Source of the DNA: Thermoproteota archaeon
GTDB lineage: Archaea; Korarchaeota; Korarchaeia; Korarchaeales; Korarchaeaceae
Length of the DNA: 64,000 nt
Direction of reading: 5' to 3'
Assembly (NCBI GenBank): GCA_027491415.1
Contig: JAOZFH010000055.1
Coordinates: 1 to 64,000, forward strand
A program made the position numbers and the translations under genes. Below are positions 57,235-64,000 of the stretch, piece after piece. The stretch's first letter is position 1, and each line of letters opens with the position of its first letter. Below the pieces are notes generated by a model. The model had not been told where the DNA came from and searched no databases. It worked only from the letters and a program-made list of their open reading frames with translations.

Positions 57235-58389
57235 TCACGGGGCTAGGAGGGCCCACAGGCATATGACGACGAGCAGGGAGCCCGCCGCCAGGTTCAGTAC
57301 GTGGAGCTTCTTCGACCTCCAGACCTTGACGTCCCTCACCCTGCGCTCCAGCAGGCCCACCACGAGCAGGATCAGGACGAGCGGCGTCACGAAGATGGTG
57401 TTGTACATGCCGAGGAGGGCCAGCCTCTGGCAGCCCGGCAGCCCGGCCAGGAGCGAGGTGGCCACCAAGTAGGGTCCCGAGGAGCACGGGAGGAGGGTCA
57501 CGCTAATCAGGAGGCCGGCGCAGAAGGCCAGCGGGACGCTCGCGGCGTGCGAGGTCCACTCCACCAGGCGTGAGGTGGTCCTGTAGAGCGGGTCGGGCAG
57601 GGGGGACTTGAAACTTCCGCCCAGCGACGTGATCACCTCGTAGGACCCCACCGCCAGTCCGAGTATGGCGACTGCATACTTGAGCCACGGGATAGTCGAG
57701 AAGACCCTGATCAGGCCGAGTCCGAGGGCGTAGTACGCCATGAAGACGGCCGCGATGAAGGCCCCTCCCACGCTCAGCGACCTCCTCTTCCCGCCGGCGG
57801 ACATGGAGAGGAGCAGAAGTGCGGTGAAGACGCTGAAGGTGCACGGGTTCACGCTGTCCGCCAAGGCCGCTGTAGTCACGGGAATCAGGACCTCGGCGGC
57901 CGTCCTGGTGGCGGGGCCCGTAGGAGAGGATGCTCCGCCGAATATCTCCTCCAAGGAGCTTATGAGCTGCGGATCCTCGCTCTGGATAGTCGTGCCATTG
58001 TGCAGGACCAGCAGGATGCCGTCCCTCCGTGAAGCAAGTTCCCTCCAGAAGGACTCGTCGAGCTCGGGCACGCCCACCACGACCGCTACCAGCCGCCCGT
58101 TGCAGAACACGCCCGTGACCGGGATGTATCGCTCGTGGGCGGGCAGGTTCGGGAAAGCCAGGTCGTATATTCTGGCGAGCTTCTCGGCGTTGGTCTCGTT
58201 TCCATAGACCTCGTTAAACCTGAGGACATCCGAGCCAAACTCCTCCGTCAGGAACTTCTTCAACTGGACGCACGCTGGACAGGAACTCGACCCGTAGATG
58301 CAGAAATTCACGCTGCCCTGAGCTGAAACCACAGAGAGCCCCAGAATCAGCGAGACCAGCGCTGCGGCAGTGACGGCCTTCTTGAGCAT
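57235..58389 (-). CDS. Glutaredoxin-like domain fused to CcdA/DsbD-like membrane domain
   Basis: Signal peptide, CPAC, ADSVNPCTF, LPCSSGPY, about 6 TM helices. Confidence 0.8.
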   Translation of the reverse strand: MLKKAVTAAALVSLILGLSVVSAQGSVNFCIYGSSSCPACVQLKKFLTEEFGSDVLRFNEVYGNETNAEKLARIYDLAFPNLPAHERYIPVTGVFCNGRLVAVVVGVPELDESFWRELASRRDGILLVLHNGTTIQSEDPQLISSLEEIFGGASSPTGPATRTAAEVLIPVTTAALADSVNPCTFSVFTALLLLSMSAGGKRRSLSVGGAFIAAVFMAYYALGLGLIRVFSTIPWLKYAVAILGLAVGSYEVITSLGGSFKSPLPDPLYRTTSRLVEWTSHAASVPLAFCAGLLISVTLLPCSSGPYLVATSLLAGLPGCQRLALLGMYNTIFVTPLVLILLVVGLLERRVRDVKVWRSKKLHVLNLAAGSLLVVICLWALLAP

Positions 58390-58494
58390 CGGAGGTGAAA
58401 CCTAGCAGGCGCATATAACCATTGATCAGCTGAAGTCAACCCAAGGCGCAACGCATATATGCTTTGTATGACATGTAACACAACGGTGATCGTG

Positions 58495-58992
58495 ATGGCG
58501 GCGGAGAGGGAGGATGAGTTCAGAGAGGAGAGGAAGAAGGACGTCACGATAAGGGGCGTGGACTCGGACCTCTATGACAGGGCGGCTGAGATAGCCCGCA
58601 GGACAGGTAAGACCATCGGTGAGATCATCAACGAGGCCCTCGGGCTTTTCATCGACCTGACCGAGGGTATAAGGTCCGGCATCCAGCCGCTGGTGGACAG
58701 CGCCAAGGAGGCGAGCAGGAGGATCGGTGAGGGTCTCACCTCCGCGGTCCCCACCGTGATCTCCGACCTAGAGGAGATAGAGGTTACCAAGACCGACCTG
58801 GAGCAGTTCGGAAGGAGGGTCGTCTTCCAGAACATAGACCGCCTGATATTCACGGACGACGTGGACGCGGAGACCTTCGACAAGTACGTCGCCCTGATCA
58901 GAAACTGCGACGAGGTCAAACCTCCCAAGGGAGTGTCCAAGCTGCTGGTGCTCTCCAAGTGCAGGCGGGTGGAGAGGCTGGTCACCCAGTAG
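58495..58992 (+). CDS. Hypothetical protein with N-terminal RHH-like domain
   Basis: VTIRGVDSDLYDRAAEIARRTGKTIGEIINEAL. GGTGAT SD before ATG 58495. Confidence 0.7.
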   Translation: MAAEREDEFREERKKDVTIRGVDSDLYDRAAEIARRTGKTIGEIINEALGLFIDLTEGIRSGIQPLVDSAKEASRRIGEGLTSAVPTVISDLEEIEVTKTDLEQFGRRVVFQNIDRLIFTDDVDAETFDKYVALIRNCDEVKPPKGVSKLLVLSKCRRVERLVTQ

Positions 58993-59031
58993 GGGAAAAC
59001 CAATAAGCCAAGCCTGGAGCCGCCTGGTGCG

Positions 59032-60495
59032 TTGAAGATAACCTTCTACGGTGGAGTCGGGGAGATCGGGGGCAACAAGGTCCTGCTGGAGTGCGGCGGC
59101 TCCAGGCTCTTTCTCGATTTTGGGAGGAACTTCAGGCAGGAGGACTCCTTCTTCCAGTACCCGTTCGACCCCCCGCTCGACGTCGGCGACCTGATCAGGA
59201 CGGGCATCCTGCCCGACATCGCCGGGCTGTACTCGGGGGGAGGGGCCGTCGACGCGGTCGTGGTCAGCCATGCGCACTCGGACCACTACGGCCACATTCC
59301 CCTGCTCGCCGAGGGCACGAGGGTCATGATGGGGGAGACTGCCTGGCTCATAGTCAGGGCCAGGCTGGAGGCCATGGCCAGGCAGACGTGGACCGACCGG
59401 GTGGATCACCTCGACGTGGAGACCTTCAGGACCGGCGACGAGCTCACCGTGGGGCCGTTTAGGCTCAGGCCAGTCCATGTGGACCACTCAGTCCCGGGAG
59501 CTTACGGCCTGCTGGTGGAGTGCGAGGCAGAGGGTCGGAGGCTCGTCTACACCGGTGACCTGAGGACCCACGGGGAGGCGTCGAGACTCACCGAGGACTT
59601 CGTGAGGGAGGCCTCAGACTGGGGCGCAGACGTGGCCCTCGTGGAGGGAACGAGGGTCGCGCCCGAGGCGGACCCCGAGGCGGCCGCTGCTAGGCTGTTC
59701 GAGCAGATGCTCGCCCTGAGGTTGGGCGACAGGATTCCGAAGAGGGTCGCGAAGGAGGCTAGAAGGGAGGGAGACGTGCTCCAGGAGCTGGTGGCGGTGG
59801 CCGACGACCACCCGGACAACCTCCTCATGGTCGAGGCCGCCTGGGCGGACATAGACAGGGCTCGGACGGTCTGGAGAACCTCCATCAAGACTGGCAGGAG
59901 GCTGGTGGTGGACGAGAGGGAGGCGTACCTTCTTCATAGGATGCGCGAGGATCCGGGGCTCCAGGGGCTCCCTGACGCCCGGGACCTCACGGTAATGGTT
60001 TGGCGGAGGAGAAAGTCCTCGGGCCCCGCGAGTAGGCGTCTCGCTGAGGCCCTGGAGGAGATTGAGGATGCCGGAGGAGAGGTGCTCGACGCCGACTCTG
60101 CGGCCAGGGAGGTCTGGTCAAACCCCGGCGGATTCCTGTTCTTGACGGGGCACCCCACCAGGGCCCTGAAGGACCTTATGGCGTCCGGCCAGGAGTGCCG
60201 CGGCAGGCTCACCTACGTGATGAGCCGGTCCGAGCCCTTCACCGAAGAGATGGTGATCGGTCTGGACAGGCTCCTCAACTGGCTGGCCCTCTACGGCGTC
60301 AGGAGCTACTACAGGATCCACGTGTCCGGGCACGCCGCCCCCGAGGAGCTGAGGGAGATCGTTGAGGAGATCGATCCGGCGAGGATCGTTCCGATGCACA
60401 CCGAGCACCCGGACCTGTTCAGGCTCTACGTCCCGAGGGACAAGAGAGACTCGCTGATCGTGCCGTCCCTCGGCGAGCCGATATCGCTGGGCTGA
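59032..60495 (+). CDS. MBL/beta-CASP ribonuclease (RNase J-like)
   Basis: GGVGEIGGN, SHAHSDH, DHSVPG, YTGD, HVSGHA, PMHTE. Confidence 0.85.
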   Translation: MKITFYGGVGEIGGNKVLLECGGSRLFLDFGRNFRQEDSFFQYPFDPPLDVGDLIRTGILPDIAGLYSGGGAVDAVVVSHAHSDHYGHIPLLAEGTRVMMGETAWLIVRARLEAMARQTWTDRVDHLDVETFRTGDELTVGPFRLRPVHVDHSVPGAYGLLVECEAEGRRLVYTGDLRTHGEASRLTEDFVREASDWGADVALVEGTRVAPEADPEAAAARLFEQMLALRLGDRIPKRVAKEARREGDVLQELVAVADDHPDNLLMVEAAWADIDRARTVWRTSIKTGRRLVVDEREAYLLHRMREDPGLQGLPDARDLTVMVWRRRKSSGPASRRLAEALEEIEDAGGEVLDADSAAREVWSNPGGFLFLTGHPTRALKDLMASGQECRGRLTYVMSRSEPFTEEMVIGLDRLLNWLALYGVRSYYRIHVSGHAAPEELREIVEEIDPARIVPMHTEHPDLFRLYVPRDKRDSLIVPSLGEPISLG

Positions 60496-60543
60496 CCTAA
60501 GGGTCGTGCGAGACCTATAACGTGTCGCTGGAGAGCAAGTCGG

Positions 60544-61671
60544 ATGGGTACCTGCCGAATCTGCGGAAGGAGCGGCGTCACGATCAGCGACGTCGTGGGA
60601 GTCTGCGCCGACTGCCTGAGGGAGAGTCCGAAGGAAGCGCTTGAGGTCGCTCTACAGGCCCACGGGAGGTGGAGGTCGCGCGCCGGCCTCCCGCCAGAAC
60701 CGCCCAAGGACGCCGGTGGGGTGAGGTGCGAGTCCTGTGTCAACCGCTGCTCCATCCCGGAGGGGGGCACAGGGTACTGTGGGTTCGTCGTCAACGAGGG
60801 TGGGAGGCTCAGGCGCTCGACCGGGAGCTGGGACGTCGCGCCCGGGATCTGGTACTACGACCCCCACCCGACCAACTGCGTCTCGGCCCCGTTCTGTCCC
60901 GGAGCCACGTGCAGGGGCTTTCCGGCTTACACGGAACGCTGTGGGACCGAGACGGGGAGGGTCAACCTCGCGGTCTTCTACGGCGGCTGCGGGCTCGACT
61001 GCCTGTTCTGTCAGAACTGGGAGCACAAGCAGATGGCCCTCACCTTGGATAGAGTTATCTCAGTGGGGGACCTGGTATCGGCGGGACTCGACCGCAGGGT
61101 CACGTGCGTCTGCTACTTCGGGGGCGACCCGGCCCCATTCGGCGCGCACTCGCTTGCAGTCGCCAGGAGGCTCATCGAGGAGGCAGAGATGGACGGGAGG
61201 AAGTTCAGGGCATGCTGGGAGACCAACGGCACCGTCAACCCCAGGGTCGCGTGGGCCTGGATGGAGCTCGCCCTCAGGAGCGGGGGGAACGTCAAGATAG
61301 ACTTCAAGGCGTGGACTCCCTCCATCTATCAAGCCCTCACGGGGATAGACGCTAGAGATAGGGTGCTGGAGAACCTAAGGCTTCTCTCCAAGGCCGTGGG
61401 GGAGAGGCCGGACCCTCCCCCCCTCACCGTCAGCGTGCTCCTGGTTCCCGGATACGTCGACGTGACCGAGGTCAGGCAGATAGCCAGGGAGGTTGCGAGG
61501 CTCGATCCCAGGATCCCCGTGGTCCTCTTGGGGTTCAAGCCCGACTTCCTCCTGAGGGATCTACCCACCACCAGCAGGTACCACGCCAGGCGCTCGGCTG
61601 AGGCAGCAGAGGAGGAGGGGGTGGAGGAAGTCTACGTCGGAAACCCCTGGCTCCTGGGATCTGCCTACTGA
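60544..61671 (+). CDS. Radical SAM protein (PFL-activase-like, Cys-rich N-terminus)
   Basis: CRIC...CADC, CESC...C...C, DPHPTNC, CGLDCLFCQN, FGGDP, WETNG. Confidence 0.85.
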   Translation: MGTCRICGRSGVTISDVVGVCADCLRESPKEALEVALQAHGRWRSRAGLPPEPPKDAGGVRCESCVNRCSIPEGGTGYCGFVVNEGGRLRRSTGSWDVAPGIWYYDPHPTNCVSAPFCPGATCRGFPAYTERCGTETGRVNLAVFYGGCGLDCLFCQNWEHKQMALTLDRVISVGDLVSAGLDRRVTCVCYFGGDPAPFGAHSLAVARRLIEEAEMDGRKFRACWETNGTVNPRVAWAWMELALRSGGNVKIDFKAWTPSIYQALTGIDARDRVLENLRLLSKAVGERPDPPPLTVSVLLVPGYVDVTEVRQIAREVARLDPRIPVVLLGFKPDFLLRDLPTTSRYHARRSAEAAEEEGVEEVYVGNPWLLGSAY

Positions 61672-61680
61672 CCGGGGGAC

Positions 61681-62145
61681 TCACTCGGTGAGCACCTTGA
61701 TCACTCCGTAGAGTATCAGAAGGCCCACCACTATAAAGGCCAAGTCGTAGATCACGTTTGCGACCCCGGCCACCTGCGGGTAGAGCCCGAGTATCTCCAC
61801 CACCGGGGACCTCAGGGCCACGTACAGTATTGCGAGGGCCACCAGATCCAGCAGGCTTCCGGTGACGCCTGACGCGGCCTTGGCCCTGCTTGGAATGCTC
61901 TCCCTGTAGATGGACTCCAGGGGGCCCCCCAGGCCCTTCACCAGGCCAGCTATCACAATGGCCAGCAGGACGGCCAGGCCGTCAGGGAGCGTTATGTGGG
62001 GTCTGGTGACCAGGACTATTCCGCTCAGCTGGCCGTAGAACACCACGCGGAGGATCCACCAGAGGATGAACGCGATCACTATCGCGGAGATCTGCCTAAC
62101 CAGCTGCTTGGCTCCACTCCTGGCGGACATGCTATCGCCTACCAT
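61681..62145 (-). CDS. Hypothetical membrane protein (4 TM)
   Basis: Four hydrophobic helices. TATA-like TTAAAATAA upstream on the minus strand. Confidence 0.65.
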   Translation of the reverse strand: MVGDSMSARSGAKQLVRQISAIVIAFILWWILRVVFYGQLSGIVLVTRPHITLPDGLAVLLAIVIAGLVKGLGGPLESIYRESIPSRAKAASGVTGSLLDLVALAILYVALRSPVVEILGLYPQVAGVANVIYDLAFIVVGLLILYGVIKVLTE

Positions 62146-62176
62146 CCCCGATATGGGTCATTATTTTAAGCGGCCT

Positions 62177-64000
62177 CTAAGGTCCCTGCCGACCTCCTGG
62201 TGGCTCCTCAAGCTCCCTGAGCGCCAGGTACAGCTTCATCAACAGGATGGAGTTCTCCCTCACGTACTCCTCGGCCTTAGCCCTCAGGTACTTGGTGAAC
62301 CTCGGCCAAGAGGCCTCACCCCTCTCCTGGAGGAGGCTCGTAGACCTCTCCAGCTCCCTCCTCACGGCGTCCAGCGGAACTTCCTTTCCCCAGCCTATCG
62401 CCTCGGTGAGCGACTCGAGGGGTGCGACCTCTAGGTTCAGGAGGCGCCTCGCCATGGGGAGGACCTCGACCACCCTCCCCCGCTCCCTCAACCCGGACAG
62501 CATGAAGGCCAGGGAGGCCGACCCCGACTCCTGGAGGGTCTTCAGGGCGGAGTCCGCATCGTAGACCACGAAGGTGAAGCCGGAGTCTATGAGGGAGCCC
62601 ATCGCCCGGGGGATCTCCTCCCAACCGCCGGGACGGAAGAACTCCCTCCATCCGACCTCGCTCGTGACGACCTCGCCGTCGTAAACTGCGGCCGCCACGA
62701 GGTTCACCTGCTCGCCGACGGGCAAGGTCACCGCGTCGAGCGCCGCGAGCTTGAGGGCCCTCGACGGCTTGGGTATCGGCACCTCCATCCCGGCCATCCT
62801 CAGCACGATCCTCTCCCTGAGGAGCAGGTACTCGACCGCCCTCCGAGCCCAGGCCTTGGCCAGATCCCACCTGCCCGAGGTGAGGAGCGTGAGCCTCGCC
62901 TGTTCGTCTAATTGCTCCATCAGGACGTCCGCCACGTCGTCGGGTTGGAAGGCCTCGACCTCCTCGAGGACCCTGCTCCAGTCGAGCGTCTCGAGGAGGC
63001 CGGCGCTCTCGGGCTCGTGCAGGGACATTACCTTCCTGTCGCCGACGTTGGCGAGGCTGTAGACTATGGACTCGAGCTCAATCCCCATCCTGAGCCTGAG
63101 GACCACCATCAGGGTGGCCAGGCCCACCCTCATCCACTCGAGGTCCTCGCCGGGCTCTAGCTCGACCACGATTCCGTAGGTGTAGTCCCTGTACCTCCCT
63201 CCGGTCGGGCCGATAACGGGAAGGCTCCGCCTGTCCACCACGAAGTAGGTCCTGTCGCCAGCTGTGACCGGCCTATACTTGCCGGACCTGACGACCCAGT
63301 AGACGCGGTTTGGCGTCTTCACCAGAAGGTCGAACCCCCTCCTCGGCGGGTCGACGACGCAGATCACCTCGCTGTGGAGCCGGCCCCTGTAGTAGTCTCC
63401 CACCACGTCCGGCTCCTCTCCCCAGCTCATCTTGACCCTGGCGTACTCCTCGTACGCGTGGGCTAAGGGGTCGTAGGAGAGGACGGTTCTCGTGTTGAGG
63501 GGCCTCTCCACCACGCCCGTGATGACCCGCCCCCTCTTGAGCAGGTCCACCACGACGGCGTTGGCCGAGTAGTCGATGCTCCCCGGCTGGAACCTCTCCA
63601 CGAGGTCGCAGTGCCCTATGTCCTCCAGGTAGCGCTGCTCGCCGTCCTCCACCAGCAGGCGCTTCATCCCGTAGGGCGGGCCGAACTCGTAGAAGTTCAT
63701 GTAGGACCAGGTCCTCTTCCCCTTCTGAGTTAGCCCTCCCGGCTCTATGAGGCCTAGCTCCTTCAGGAGCTCGACCTCTTCCTCGGTCAGCGTGCCTCTC
63801 AGCTCCGGGGAGGCTGCCTTGAACAGCCCCTCGAACAGGGCGCGGTACTTGTTCCTCGAGTTGATGAGGGCCTTCTCCAGGGGGAGCTCGACCCAGGTCC
63901 GGAGTGTCTCCGCCCCCCTGAGCAGGAGCTCCCTGTCCCAGCCGGACAGTGGTATGATGATGGACTCCGTGAACTCTATCTCCTCCCTCCGCCCCTTCCT
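62177..64000 (-). CDS. SF2 DEAD/DEAH helicase, C-terminal part (5' end outside window)
   Basis: Frame open to 64000, starting RKGRR (motif VI-like). Then a winged-helix-like segment, EPESAGLL, and an extra C-terminal ~190 aa domain. Confidence 0.6.
   Translation of the reverse strand, partial: RKGRREEIEFTESIIIPLSGWDRELLLRGAETLRTWVELPLEKALINSRNKYRALFEGLFKAASPELRGTLTEEEVELLKELGLIEPGGLTQKGKRTWSYMNFYEFGPPYGMKRLLVEDGEQRYLEDIGHCDLVERFQPGSIDYSANAVVVDLLKRGRVITGVVERPLNTRTVLSYDPLAHAYEEYARVKMSWGEEPDVVGDYYRGRLHSEVICVVDPPRRGFDLLVKTPNRVYWVVRSGKYRPVTAGDRTYFVVDRRSLPVIGPTGGRYRDYTYGIVVELEPGEDLEWMRVGLATLMVVLRLRMGIELESIVYSLANVGDRKVMSLHEPESAGLLETLDWSRVLEEVEAFQPDDVADVLMEQLDEQARLTLLTSGRWDLAKAWARRAVEYLLLRERIVLRMAGMEVPIPKPSRALKLAALDAVTLPVGEQVNLVAAAVYDGEVVTSEVGWREFFRPGGWEEIPRAMGSLIDSGFTFVVYDADSALKTLQESGSASLAFMLSGLRERGRVVEVLPMARRLLNLEVAPLESLTEAIGWGKEVPLDAVRRELERSTSLLQERGEASWPRFTKYLRAKAEEYVRENSILLMKLYLALRELEEPPGGRQGP

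Noticed and set aside
12674-63160. Many long overlapping ORFs in the track (e.g. 13921..14937 -, 15952..16890 +, 45887..47083 +, 51268..52299 +, 56309..57487 -)
   Set aside because: They are antisense or off-frame shadows of high-GC3 genes, rich in R/G/P with no family motifs.
1-64000. CRISPR array, rRNA, tRNA, integrase or IS transposase
   Set aside because: No regularly spaced repeats, cloverleaf/T-loop signatures or recombinase motifs were found by eye. Short or intron-split RNAs could have been missed.

Overview
Archaeal DNA, probably a thermophilic Thermoproteota/TACK-type organism. The evidence is GGAGG/GGTGA SD sites, TATA boxes about 25 nt before leaderless starts, Nre, LipS1/LipS2 and an archaeal ATP-dependent ligase; the exact lineage cannot be set from this window. 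Bases 1-12.7 kb are a visibly lower-GC glycosylation cassette: GT2, WecB, two GT4s, a 1368-aa polytopic protein, a methyltransferase plus Trm112-like pair, a sulfotransferase and a membrane-anchored D-glucuronyl C5-epimerase homolog. It abuts a high-GC PAPS operon (RHH-sat-DHH-AlkP-cysC-RHH) and a flippase. Together these are the best candidate for an undescribed system: a sulfated, uronate-epimerised (glycosaminoglycan-like) archaeal surface glycan pathway. The rest holds housekeeping genes, four toxin-antitoxin pairs, several decayed genes (HEPN, ThiF/MoeB, YHS-CopA, PIG-L, PIN, ABC pair) and two surface proteins, one next to a CPBP protease. It also holds a ComA-HTH fusion upstream of a YeeE/YedE transporter, an LplA/LplB-LipS2/LipS1 lipoate cluster and a partial SF2 helicase. 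No rRNA, tRNA, CRISPR array or intact transposase was recognised. All calls come from motif recognition by eye, with no database search.
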